Shown here in pieces: positions 1 through 9,716 of a stretch of 64,000 nt of DNA. Both the position numbers and the translations under genes were made by a program. The stretch comes from an uncultured delta proteobacterium (GTDB lineage Bacteria; Desulfobacterota; Binatia; UBA9968), in assembly GCA_963804165.1 (NCBI GenBank), contig CAWDPO010000035.1, positions 160,001 to 224,000 of the forward strand, in the 5' to 3' direction. The notes under the pieces were generated by a model, which was given only the letters and a program-made list of their open reading frames with translations, was not told where the DNA came from and ran no database searches. Within the stretch, counting starts at the first letter, position 1. Each line of letters begins with the position of its first letter.

Positions 1-86
1 GGTAAGGCTGATAGACAAGTGGGCCGCCTGATTTTTCTGATCGGCAGTTTTCTGACGTGCGAGCAGCGGACGTTGCAGTTTAGCAG

Positions 87-1220
87 CTAGGCACGGGATT
101 GATCCTCGCTCGAAAAAACTGCGTGCAAATCTCTGTACAGCAGCCGATGAAAAAGATGTTCTCCTGCTTCACGTCGAACGGACAGCCGCCCCGTCGAGTA
201 CGCGCGCGAATTTAAACCGCGCTGGACAGACTCGCAGATGGCTACGTCTTCGGCTTGGATTTGCTCGCTGACGGCGATGCTGGCGAGATTGCGTTCTCTG
301 GCTTGGCGCGAAACGTCAGCAAAGTAATAATCGAAGATGACTTCGGTCTTGTCGACACCGCGTGGAATGACGAGATTCGTATCCATCACGCCGTCGTAAA
401 TGTTGATCATCAGATTGGGGTAGATCCAATAGTATAACGCGCGATCGCCTTTGCGGACTTCCGCGGTTTTCACTTCGCCTGCATTAGAAACGATCGGGCT
501 CGACTGCAAACAAAAGCGCTCACCGGTTTCGATCGTGTAGCTGCTGTACTCGAGCACGCTGTTCAATCCGCCGTGAATGTGCGGCACGTGATAGCCGCCG
601 TCGAGATAATTGTCGACAAAGACTTTCCAGTTGCAGTTAAGCCAGTAGTGGCGACGCTCAAACCATTTCATTCGTTCAAGGTCCAAACGATCGAAACGTT
701 CAAGGAGATCCTTGCCAAGAAAAACTTCGAGCGACGGATTTCCAGGCCTGAGCTTCACGAACACCCAATTATTCCAGACCGCAGTTTGAACGGGAATAAG
801 CCCGTTCGCGGCACGGTCGAAATTGGCGACGCCGCCAAATTCGGGGGTAAGAATCAGAGCGCCTTCGAGATTGTACGTCCAGCCGTGATAAGGGCAGCGA
901 AGGTTCTCGGCTTTTCCCTCGGGTTTCGTCATGACGGTAGCGGCATGATGGCGGCAGACGTTGAAAAAGCCGCGGAGGATATTATCACTGCCTCTAACGA
1001 CTAGAATCGGTTCGCCAGCGACGTCACAAGTGAGGTAGTTGCCCGGATCGCACACCTGAATGATGCGGCCGACAAGCTGCCACGATTGCGAAAGGACCGT
1101 TTTTTGCTCAAGCTCGAGTATTCGAGGATCGGTGTACCACGAAGATGGTGGGGTCGATGCCTCAATTAAATGAGCATCGGGATTGTAGTTTGCGATGATT
1201 TCTCGGATCGAAACTGCCAT
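87..1220 (-). CDS. Rieske non-heme iron oxygenase alpha subunit (choline monooxygenase-like)
   Basis: Rieske motif CRHH...CPYHGW and catalytic-domain motif NWK.FVDNYLDGGYHVPHIH; 377 aa. Confidence 0.9.
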   Translation of the reverse strand: MAVSIREIIANYNPDAHLIEASTPPSSWYTDPRILELEQKTVLSQSWQLVGRIIQVCDPGNYLTCDVAGEPILVVRGSDNILRGFFNVCRHHAATVMTKPEGKAENLRCPYHGWTYNLEGALILTPEFGGVANFDRAANGLIPVQTAVWNNWVFVKLRPGNPSLEVFLGKDLLERFDRLDLERMKWFERRHYWLNCNWKVFVDNYLDGGYHVPHIHGGLNSVLEYSSYTIETGERFCLQSSPIVSNAGEVKTAEVRKGDRALYYWIYPNLMINIYDGVMDTNLVIPRGVDKTEVIFDYYFADVSRQARERNLASIAVSEQIQAEDVAICESVQRGLNSRAYSTGRLSVRREAGEHLFHRLLYRDLHAVFSSEDQSRA

Positions 1221-1265
1221 TCGGCTCCGGGCCTACATATCAATCGACCTGCGGATACGAGAAGC

Positions 1266-2239
1266 TTATCGTGTCACTCCAGGGTTTGCCACCTCCCGCC
1301 GGGCTTGATCCGCGAAAGTCCAGTTGCGCACCTTGTCGAGCGGGACAGGGTCTTTGGCCTTCAGCTCTAAAATCGACTGATCTACCACGACTTTGACGGC
1401 GGCGTCGGAAACGACTCCGCCTTCCGACCAGCTTCGTTTTCCCAGCTCGTAGCTTTTCGCTGCGACTTCTTGATCGACTCGCACCCAGTTTACCAGTATG
1501 CGCATGGTTTCTTCGGGATGACCTTTGGCGAAGGCGATGGCGCGGAAAACCGCTCTGATCATTGCAAGGATTTGTTTGGGTTTTTCTGAATCGTCTCGTC
1601 GCGAACGCCGAGACCGGCAAGCGGCAGCTCCAATCGTTCGCCCAGCCACAGGAGTTCCTTGTAACCGGCTTTTTCCGCCTGCAGGTTAAATGGCGGCGAG
1701 AGAACGGTGGCGTCCACCGTGCCTGTGACCAGGGAAGTATAGCGGGCGCTATTGCCGCCCATTTGTAAGCGGACGAGGTCCCGGTCAAAATCCATTCCCT
1801 CTTCAGTGATCACCGTACGCAAGGCGAGATCGGCGGTGGCGCCGAAGCTGCCAATGGCAATGCGCTTACCTTTGAGCTCTTTGATCGATCGTATTTCTCT
1901 TCTTGCGATCAAGAAATAATCGGGGCGCCCCTGCAGGACGGACACCAACTTTACCGGGAGACCGCCGGTGGCCGCTTTGATAATGGAGGTGCACGGAGTG
2001 GCGTAATCGACGTTGCGGGTAAGAAGAGCATTGACCGCGATGTTGGTTCTCATGGTGATGGTCAAAACGTCCAGGCCCTCGTCGCGAAAAAACCCCTTTC
2101 GCGTGGCGATCTCTAACGGCAGCGTACTTACTGCGGGACCCGTCGAGGCGATTTTTACATCGTCATCGGCGTTTACTTGGAGGAGCGACGAGAGGAAAAG
2201 CCAGACCGAGATAGACAACAGCCGCGATATCGACCGCAT
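1266..2239 (-). CDS. ABC transporter substrate-binding protein (NMT1/SsuA-like), split by one frameshift near 1570-1590
   Basis: Signal peptide; GFFRDEGLDV, ELKGKRIAI and VDAT motifs in ORF 1559-2239; C-terminal half continues in ORF 1266-1649. Confidence 0.8.
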
Positions 2240-2294
2240 TTTGAATCCGCCGCGGCTGTGAAGCGCCTATGCGCGTACACGAATTTGAAATCTT

Positions 2295-2642
2295 TTAGTC
2301 TTTGGCCGTCACGTGCGCGCCGCCGAACGCTTCGGAGCGATTACCCACAAGGACGAGCGGTTCTTCGCCGACGTTCGTGATTTGGTAGTAGTCTTTGGCG
2401 CCGAAAAATACGATTTCGTTTTTCTCGATTATGCGCTCGTCGCCTTTTAATCCCTTCACCGATGCCCTTCCCTGCAGTACCAGAAATGTCTCGGGCGACA
2501 TATGGTAATGCATATCCGTGTGATCGCCCGGCTGAAAATAGAGTATCCACGAGCGAAACGTTTCGCTGCCAAAAAGCGGCACAAAGCGTTTGTTTTCGTT
2601 TTGAGCCGTGCGCATGGTGTCGTTGATATTAGCAAATTCCAT
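2295..2642 (-). CDS. Cupin domain protein
   Basis: HYH...ETFLVLQG cupin motif 1; YQITNVGEEPL motif 2. Confidence 0.85.
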   Translation of the reverse strand: MEFANINDTMRTAQNENKRFVPLFGSETFRSWILYFQPGDHTDMHYHMSPETFLVLQGRASVKGLKGDERIIEKNEIVFFGAKDYYQITNVGEEPLVLVGNRSEAFGGAHVTAKD

Positions 2643-2682
2643 GATCCCTCCGCCGAGCCGTGTCGTCGCGTCGAAAAAATAC

Positions 2683-3495
2683 TCAGTCAGTTAGATCCAG
2701 GAGCACACCGTCCGGATCCGACAGGCTCTGCTTGCAGAGCTTGCACCCTTCGAAATTTTGCTTGTGCCGTTCACCTTCGCGGCCGATGGCGACCTTTCGC
2801 GGCGCGGAAGTTGGCGCGTCTTTGGCCAGGGCTTCCAGGTCCTTATTGGTTTGCTCGAGGCTGTCGACTTTGAAACCAAAATGTTCCAGACCAGCATAAA
2901 GCCCCCGGTGGGTAGCCATGCTCCATGGTCGGATCGCCAAGCCTACTTTGCCGTCGGTGAGGTAGTAACTGTTGTCGCCAGACAAGCCCTCGACCGGTTG
3001 GAGATCAAAAACTTTTTGGTAGAACTCGGCGATATGCGCCGGACGGCCGCTGCGCATGCAGATGTGATTGATCCAGCGTGGCTGTTCCCAGCCAAACTCG
3101 ACGTACCCTTCGCGCACATTGGCCATGCCTTTTTGCGATAAATCGTACTGGTTGCCGTCGGGGTCGTGGCCGCGCAGCCCGGCAAACGGGACGTGACCCG
3201 GGCTCTCGGAAATATAGATGTCCGGATAAGATTGCTTAACCCGCTCGCGCACGACATCAACACTCTCGACGGCAAAGCCAAAATGATCGAAGCCCGCACG
3301 GAAGCCCGGCTGACGTTGTAACAGCGCCAGACCAATCACGCCGTCGCTCAGATGGCCGCGGTTCTTGTTGTATTCTCCAGTCTCGTCAGTCATCCCGTTG
3401 GTGATCTTTTTCATACCGAAGATCGTCTGATAGAATTTCGCCTCTCGGTCCCAATTTTCTGTCATTACAGCGATGTGGCGTATGCTCGCGAACAT
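2683..3495 (-). CDS. Two-domain VOC/glyoxalase family protein
   Basis: Repeated IRHIAV/INHICM, HFGF and DPDG motifs. Confidence 0.85.
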   Translation of the reverse strand: MFASIRHIAVMTENWDREAKFYQTIFGMKKITNGMTDETGEYNKNRGHLSDGVIGLALLQRQPGFRAGFDHFGFAVESVDVVRERVKQSYPDIYISESPGHVPFAGLRGHDPDGNQYDLSQKGMANVREGYVEFGWEQPRWINHICMRSGRPAHIAEFYQKVFDLQPVEGLSGDNSYYLTDGKVGLAIRPWSMATHRGLYAGLEHFGFKVDSLEQTNKDLEALAKDAPTSAPRKVAIGREGERHKQNFEGCKLCKQSLSDPDGVLLDLTD

Positions 3496-3662
3496 GGTCG
3501 TGTCCTCCTTGTGATCGGATTCATGTCAAAGTTGTTTGCTGCTGTCAACTCTATCGTATCGGCGAATTTCTGCCGGGCGTCGACAACGGCAAAGAAGTCA
3601 CTTCTGCTTGATTCTACCATGCCGTGAGGATAGAAGAACATCGACGCTCCCGTAGGATTTCC

Positions 3663-4523
3663 ATGACGATTCGTTCTTTTGACTTGTTGCAGCCACGATC
3701 TCTACTTGAAGCGGTCGAGATGCTCGCCGAGCATGGCGATGAGGCCCGTGCACTCGGTGGCGGCACGACGCTGATTATCTTGATGAAGCAACGCGCCCTA
3801 TATTATCGATATTTAGTCGATCTGCAGACGATCCCGGGGCTGGCCGACATCAAGAGCGAATCTGACGGTTTGCGCATCGGTGCACTGGTGACGCACCGAA
3901 CGGTTGAGCTGTCAGCGGATCTTCGGCAAGCGTTTCCAGCGGTCGCCGAGGCTTTTAGTCACATCGGAAATGTTCGGGTCCGTCAAACGGCGTCGGTCGG
4001 CGGTAATCTCGCTCACGCCGACTACCGACTCGACCCGCCGCCGGCACTCCTGGTACTCGGCGCCGAGATCACCGCATTTGGTCCTCGTGGTTACCGCACG
4101 ATCCCGCTTGGCGAATTTTTTCAGGGAATCTATGAGACGGCGCTGGAGCCAGGAGAATTATTGGTGGATGTCAGAATCCCATTCATGCCGCCAAACAGTC
4201 ACGCGGTTTACCTGCGTTACACCGCGTTGTCGGCGAACGACTGGCCGTGTTTGGGCGTCGCCGCATTTTTGACAAAAGAAAACGGACGCTGTAAAGAGCT
4301 GCGCGTGGCACTTGGGGGCGTGGCGGCGACGCCGTTATTGATGGACGGGCTGGAATTCGCCAACGATCAATCGCTCGACCCTGCCGTCATCGACAAGCTG
4401 CTCGACAAAGTTGACCAACAGATATCGCCATTCGCTGATCTCCGTGGCTCAGAATGGTACAAACGGCGCATGGCTCGACTTTTCGTGAAAAAGGCGGTCG
4501 AGCAGCTACAGAGTTTGCAGTAA
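3663..4523 (+). CDS. Xanthine dehydrogenase/CO dehydrogenase family FAD-binding (medium) subunit
   Basis: GGGTTL, RIGALVT, VRQTASVGGNL and DLRGSEWYKR motifs. Confidence 0.9.
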   Translation: MTIRSFDLLQPRSLLEAVEMLAEHGDEARALGGGTTLIILMKQRALYYRYLVDLQTIPGLADIKSESDGLRIGALVTHRTVELSADLRQAFPAVAEAFSHIGNVRVRQTASVGGNLAHADYRLDPPPALLVLGAEITAFGPRGYRTIPLGEFFQGIYETALEPGELLVDVRIPFMPPNSHAVYLRYTALSANDWPCLGVAAFLTKENGRCKELRVALGGVAATPLLMDGLEFANDQSLDPAVIDKLLDKVDQQISPFADLRGSEWYKRRMARLFVKKAVEQLQSLQ

Positions 4524-4598
4524 TTTTGTATTGAATTTGAAATGGCTACCGGCGCGGGTCGATAAACGCGACGCGGGCATCGTCAGTCACTGACCTTT

Positions 4599-5084
4599 AT
4601 GAAGCGTGAGATCACCCTAAACGTCAATGGGCAGGCCGAAAACCTAGAAATCGACGATGCGGACATCCTGCTCGACGTGTTGCGCGACCGCCTTAAACTG
4701 TGGAGCGTGCGCGAAAGTTGCGGTGTCGGCGCGTGCGGCAGTTGCACCGTGCTTTTCGATGGCAAGCCGGTTAGTTCTTGCTTTCTTCTCGCGGCTCGCG
4801 CGGCGGGTCACGAGATTACGACGCTTGAGGGTCTCGGCGACGGCCACGCACTGCACTCTATCCAAGAGGCTTTCGTTGAAGAGCGAGCGCTGCAGTGCGC
4901 CTATTGCACGCCCGGGTTCGTTCTCACGGTAAAGGCGTTTCTCGACGAGTATCCGGAGCCATCCGATGAAGAAATTCGTGATTACCTTTCAGGTAATCTG
5001 TGCCGCTGCGCCGGCTATGCGGATATTTTCCGCGCGGTGCGCGCAGCACAGCGAAAATTTGCAGACTCAAGACACAAATCCTAA
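4599..5084 (+). CDS. Xanthine dehydrogenase family 2x[2Fe-2S] (small) subunit
   Basis: CGVGACGSC...C and QCAYCTPG...NLCRCAGY motifs. Confidence 0.92.
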   Translation: MKREITLNVNGQAENLEIDDADILLDVLRDRLKLWSVRESCGVGACGSCTVLFDGKPVSSCFLLAARAAGHEITTLEGLGDGHALHSIQEAFVEERALQCAYCTPGFVLTVKAFLDEYPEPSDEEIRDYLSGNLCRCAGYADIFRAVRAAQRKFADSRHKS

Positions 5085-5245
5085 CTCGATACGACTGGTC
5101 TGATTGAACCGCAATCGCCTCACTAGTTCATTTTTGTACCGTCACAGTTATCCGCGCAAAAAATCCTTACGACAAAATTGTGCCGGCCCGCGTTGAGTTG
5201 TGCGTCGGCGTGCGTCGATTCGCCAACACTTTATCTCCGATTCGT

Positions 5246-5329
5246 AGTCAACCCGTTAAATTGTCTAATAAATAAAAGAGGAGCGCTGGGCGCGGTCAAT
5301 ACTAGTTGGCATCTGGCATGCTATATGCA
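5246..5329 (+). promoter_or_regulatory. Putative sigma54 (-24/-12) promoter with an upstream IHF-like site
   Basis: TGGCATGCTATATGCA at 5314-5329 has GG-N10-GC spacing; AGTCAACCCGTTA at 5246-5258 is one mismatch from the IHF consensus WATCAANNNNTTR. Confidence 0.55.
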
Positions 5330-5362
5330 CCTGAAAAGAATAAGAAAAACGACTATCCACCT

Positions 5363-7261
5363 ATGGAAAAAGCCTCCCCAATTGACCCGACATTTTTGGC
5401 TCGGCGGCAGTGGACTTTCGACCGGCTGTTCGATGCCGCGAAAAAGGATACGGTCATCCGGCTTCGTTGGCCGTTGGTGATCCTGTCATCTTATCTTCTT
5501 TACTACACGCCGAGTGAGTGGCTGACACCCACCCAGGTTCAAGCGGTTTTGATTCTCTATCTGCTCAGCCATTCGACGCTCTATTTTTTGGCCGACGACC
5601 TATTTGATTCGCCTTATTTTTATGGCCCCCTCTTGGTTTTCGATACCATTGTGCTCGGGGCGGTCCTTAGCACCAGTGGAACGGCAAGTCCGGATTTTTA
5701 CTTCGCCTGTCTTTTTACCGTGATCTTGAGTTGTATTTGTAATGATGCCCGTGGCTTACTGGTCGTCACGATACTGGCCCCGCTCATTTACGGGTACTTC
5801 GTCTTTAACAGCGGCGAGTCTTTGTTGAATCCGAGCATCTATTTGCGGTTGCCGTTCCCATTCGTGATCTCTTTATTCTACGGCTATTTTGCCCAGGTCG
5901 AGCGACTACGGCGGACCTCGCGGGATAAAGAGGAACAAATGAAGCGGCAGCAGAAGGCCGCAGAAGAAATTCGCCGCCAACGCGAACGGTTGGAAGTCCT
6001 GCATGAGGTCAATTTGTCGGTCACGTCAACTATCGATAAAGCGGAGATCCTTGCGTCATTTCTGGAGACGGCGCTCCTGCATCTTCCCTATGCAGCAGCG
6101 ATCGTTAGGCTCAAAAGTACCGGAGCCGACATCCCGGAATCGGTGGCCGCCCGTGGATTTAAAACCGGAACGTTTGACGCTGCAAACGGGTCGTTGGATT
6201 TCACCGATCGCGTGGTGGTCGAGCAACGGCCGGTCCAAGTTCGGAACGTTTTCACGGATCGGCAGCTGCAAAATCTTAAATTCTTTGAAGATGAAGGGCT
6301 CGTGTCATTTCTTGGCGTTCCGCTCGTGGCCAATAACCAGGTGCTCGGGTGTTTAGTTTTTTTGACACGCGAGGAGCACGAATTCAACGAAGAAGAGGTC
6401 GATTTTTTATCGACCCTCGCCGGCCAGGCAGCTATCTCGATCCATCATTCAGAGCTATATGATCGAAGCCAGCGACAGGCAGAGGAGCTTATCGATGCGC
6501 ACAAGATCAAAGACGAGTTTTTGAAAGTCGTCTCGACGCAGCTCAAGACGCCGCTAAACGTGATTACGGGTTACTCGGACATGTTTTTACAAGGGTTGTT
6601 GGGCGAAATGACTCCGATTCAAGAAAAAGCAGTCGAAACTGTCGCAAGGCAGTCCAAAGAATTGCATGGACTGATCAATACCGTGCTGCAGGTAAGCAGC
6701 ATTGAGGCTGAGACGTTGCAGGTCGACCTCCACGAGGTCAACTTGTGGGAATTCCTTTCTGAGCTACGAGCGTTTTACGATTATCCGCTCGCGAAAGACG
6801 TAAAGTTGGTCTGGAATTATTCGGCCGATTTGCCCTCGGTTCAAGGTGACCGGGCCAAGCTTAGGCGTATCCTGGAAAATCTCATCGGCAATGCGCTCAA
6901 GTTCACTGAACACGGCACAGTCGCGATTCTGGCACGTTACTTGGCGGACAAAAAAATGCTCGAGTTTAGGGTCAGCGACACGGGAATAGGGATCCCGCAG
7001 GAACAAATTTCCACAATTTTTCAGAAATTCCGCCAGGCGAGCGCGCACACAGGAATGGAGCATGGCGGTGTCGGATTGGGGCTCTACATCGTCAAAAAGT
7101 ATCTCGATCTCCTTGGCGGCACGATCCAAGTTGAAAGCCGCACCGGCGAGGGGTCGACGTTTATTCTGCGGATACCCGCGCCATTGCACAGCAACTCGGC
7201 CGCGCATGAACAACTTCTATTGCCGACCGCGGAAGAAACCCTTGGAGCGGAATCGAGATGA
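5363..7261 (+). CDS. Membrane-bound GAF sensor histidine-kinase-like protein whose H-box lacks His (candidate pseudokinase)
   Basis: N-terminal TM helices, GAF domain, HisKA-like segment FLKVVSTQLKTPL, intact N/G1/F/G2 boxes (NLIGNALKFT, DTGIGI, GLGL). Confidence 0.85.
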   Translation: MEKASPIDPTFLARRQWTFDRLFDAAKKDTVIRLRWPLVILSSYLLYYTPSEWLTPTQVQAVLILYLLSHSTLYFLADDLFDSPYFYGPLLVFDTIVLGAVLSTSGTASPDFYFACLFTVILSCICNDARGLLVVTILAPLIYGYFVFNSGESLLNPSIYLRLPFPFVISLFYGYFAQVERLRRTSRDKEEQMKRQQKAAEEIRRQRERLEVLHEVNLSVTSTIDKAEILASFLETALLHLPYAAAIVRLKSTGADIPESVAARGFKTGTFDAANGSLDFTDRVVVEQRPVQVRNVFTDRQLQNLKFFEDEGLVSFLGVPLVANNQVLGCLVFLTREEHEFNEEEVDFLSTLAGQAAISIHHSELYDRSQRQAEELIDAHKIKDEFLKVVSTQLKTPLNVITGYSDMFLQGLLGEMTPIQEKAVETVARQSKELHGLINTVLQVSSIEAETLQVDLHEVNLWEFLSELRAFYDYPLAKDVKLVWNYSADLPSVQGDRAKLRRILENLIGNALKFTEHGTVAILARYLADKKMLEFRVSDTGIGIPQEQISTIFQKFRQASAHTGMEHGGVGLGLYIVKKYLDLLGGTIQVESRTGEGSTFILRIPAPLHSNSAAHEQLLLPTAEETLGAESR

Positions 7262-7317
7262 GAGGTTTAAAACGACGACGATCTAACTTCGATGAAGCGC
7301 GTCGGTCTCGGATGCGC

Positions 7318-8160
7318 CTAATGGGGAGTGTCGAGGAACGCGCGGTTATCCCGTTTTAGATACATTCTGACCCAGAGATCGTACAAATTATCCGGCCTGA
7401 ACACATCAATTTCTTTTTGCCCGTGCGGCGTCTCCACGACGACGCTCACCGACAATTCCTGCCAAGCGATTCCCAACAATCGTTCGCCCCTCTGCCTGAC
7501 CAGGTCACCGACGGTTCGCAGCAATTGCGATAAACAGTGGCCATCGGCGTTACCGCTTTGCTGGCGGCGGCGAGCGCGCTGTTCCCTTTCTATTCGGTCT
7601 AGCTCCTGCACCGAGTAACGAAGCCTTTTCCCGGTCGGTCGAGAAGAGGAGAGAGGGAAGGGTTCTTCATGACCAAGCGGTCGCGCCGGTGTTTTGTTCC
7701 GCCACAATTTCTGCAGCCGATTTTTGCTGATGCGAAAAAGCGGATTGACGCCACTCTCGCCTTCATCGGATTCTTTAACCCATACCAAATACGAATCGCC
7801 GACGTATTCCAGGTTAAAGGTGGAAAGGTGGAGGTTCTCTAAATCCTGGCCAATGGCGCGCAAATGGCGTGGATAATCCGAGGGGCTGATTCTTGTATCC
7901 ATCAGATCGTTCGGGTTCCGACCGCCTAGGTTCGTCGTCGATGGATCCAGTTTGCCGCGCACCAATCGCAAGGTCGTTCGGCGCGGCATCCGGGGCGGTT
8001 TCGAAACTCCTCGGACGATATTATGCACAGGTAGCTTATAGTTGCAATTCAAACAAAAATTGGTAACGGAGATGGCACGGCCTCTCACGCGCTTTTTAGC
8101 GACCGCGAATCCGATGAAGTAATCACACTTGGGGCAGTGACGCGCTCGGTATTTCGCCAT
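7318..8160 (-). CDS. Hypothetical protein with N-terminal Zn-ribbon-like CxxC pair
   Basis: CPKC...CLNC; long ORF; two internal LR[AT][IV]G segments. Confidence 0.7.
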   Translation of the reverse strand: MAKYRARHCPKCDYFIGFAVAKKRVRGRAISVTNFCLNCNYKLPVHNIVRGVSKPPRMPRRTTLRLVRGKLDPSTTNLGGRNPNDLMDTRISPSDYPRHLRAIGQDLENLHLSTFNLEYVGDSYLVWVKESDEGESGVNPLFRISKNRLQKLWRNKTPARPLGHEEPFPLSSSRPTGKRLRYSVQELDRIEREQRARRRQQSGNADGHCLSQLLRTVGDLVRQRGERLLGIAWQELSVSVVVETPHGQKEIDVFRPDNLYDLWVRMYLKRDNRAFLDTPH

Positions 8161-8540
8161 TGCAGGTTGCTCGATATTGGCGAGGGTTGTAAGCGGAACA
8201 GCATCGAAAGTCAAGCGAGATCAGCCTGTTTTGTTAAAAATTCTAGATGCTTAGCCCGCAGTGATGTCGCCTGACCGCGCCGCGGTCATTTCTGTCAAAT
8301 GGTGTCGTGCGTTGGTCAGAGATGTGCCTAACGCCTACTTCGAAAACCATTTACGACAAATCGCGATGCGCGGCAAGTTGGTTTGTAAAACCGTCCTGCG
8401 TGATGTTCTGAGGCCCGGGGTTCTGACTCCAGAGACGATCAACAGCCACGGGCAAATTATGTCGAGGCTCTTTTTTGCCGACGCCGCTCTGTGATAAAAA
8501 AATTCTGTTATTAGAGTAAAAATCTTTTAGGGGAGTTGAC

Positions 8541-9623
8541 ATGGCAGACAACATTACTGTCTTTGATTGTGACGGTCATATCATCGAATCAATCCCGGAA
8601 ATGGTACCGTTCCTCGATCCCGTCGACCGCGAAGTCGCGCTAACGCCGTCGCGCAATCGTCAAGGCGTTTTCGCAAGTCTCGATGATATTCACTATCCCC
8701 GAAACGTGCGCAAATCCGGCGAAGTCGAGGCGCCGCGCCGGCCGCGCGTCGATGCCAGCCATCATCGTAAAGGCTCGGGCGAGGATTGGGTTGCGTTCTT
8801 GGAAAAAGCGGGAGTTTCCGAAGCGGTGTTGTTTCCATCCGAGGGGCTGTCGGTTGGGTTTTTTCAGCAGGCGGATTACGCGACGCGCGTGTGCCATGCC
8901 TTTAACGATTATGTTTCGGAACGCTACCGCAAAGTCGACAAGCGGCTTCATCCGATGGGTTTGATCGCTCTGCAAGACGTCAAGGGAGCCGTGAAAGAAC
9001 TGCGCCGCCTGGTGTTGGATCTCAAACTTCCCGGCGCGATGTTGCCGTCGCGCGGTTTGCCGCTGCATCTCGGCCATGATTATTACTGGCCGGTTTATGA
9101 AGAAGCGGCCAATCTCGGCTGTGCCTTGGGTATTCACGGCGGATCGAGCGTTGGACTCGGCGCCGATACATTTACGGATCCGTGGGCGGCGCGCGTGCTC
9201 AGGCATCCCGTCCCGCTGGCTTTGGAATTCGTCTCGTTAGTTTACCACGGAGTGGTCGATCGTTATCGGGATTTGCACATCGGGTTCTTCGAAGGCGGTT
9301 GTGCCTGGCTTCTGCTGCTCAAAGACCGCATGGATCGCGACGACAACGTCTACACGACCAGCACGGGGCATTCGCGCAGCCTTAACGATTATCTCGCAAG
9401 CGGCCAGGTGCTCGTTGGTTGCGAAGGCAACGAATGGATTTTGCCGTACGTGATCAAACAATGCGGCGCAGAAGCCTTCTCGTACGCTTCGGATTATCCC
9501 CATGAGGTCGACTTGGTTGCAGCCAAGCAGATGATTCACGACACAGTTGAACGTCCGGATTTGACGCACGCAGAAAAGGCCGCGGTCTTAGGTGATAATG
9601 CCAAGCGATTTTTTCGGGTCTAA
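8541..9623 (+). CDS. Amidohydrolase family 2 protein (ACMSD/LigJ-like)
   Basis: DCDGHI, YWPVYEEA, IHGG, SDYPHE and LGDNAKRFF motifs; RBS GGGGAG. Confidence 0.88.
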   Translation: MADNITVFDCDGHIIESIPEMVPFLDPVDREVALTPSRNRQGVFASLDDIHYPRNVRKSGEVEAPRRPRVDASHHRKGSGEDWVAFLEKAGVSEAVLFPSEGLSVGFFQQADYATRVCHAFNDYVSERYRKVDKRLHPMGLIALQDVKGAVKELRRLVLDLKLPGAMLPSRGLPLHLGHDYYWPVYEEAANLGCALGIHGGSSVGLGADTFTDPWAARVLRHPVPLALEFVSLVYHGVVDRYRDLHIGFFEGGCAWLLLLKDRMDRDDNVYTTSTGHSRSLNDYLASGQVLVGCEGNEWILPYVIKQCGAEAFSYASDYPHEVDLVAAKQMIHDTVERPDLTHAEKAAVLGDNAKRFFRV

Positions 9624-9634
9624 AAATCGCTTGG

Positions 9635-9676
9635 GTTCAAGTCGTTCAAGCCATTCAAAAAGTTCAAACGGTTCAA
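9635..9676 (+). repeat. Five GTTCAA-core units with 9-bp period
   Basis: Units at 9635, 9644, 9653 (ATTCAA), 9662 and 9671. Confidence 0.85.
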
Positions 9677-9684
9677 AGAGCAAG

Positions 9685-9716
9685 AAAGTCGGGAGAGGGA
9701 AACTTCCCCGACTTTT
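9685..9716. terminator. Probable bidirectional intrinsic terminator
   Basis: AAAGTCGGG-N13-CCCGACTTT hairpin with A/T flanks, between convergent genes. Confidence 0.65.

Noticed and set aside
9635-9676. GTTCAA arrays as a CRISPR array or LexA boxes
   Set aside because: Units of 7-9 bp are far too short for CRISPR and no cas genes are present; the spacing does not match GTTC-N7-GTTC and the arrays follow stop codons.
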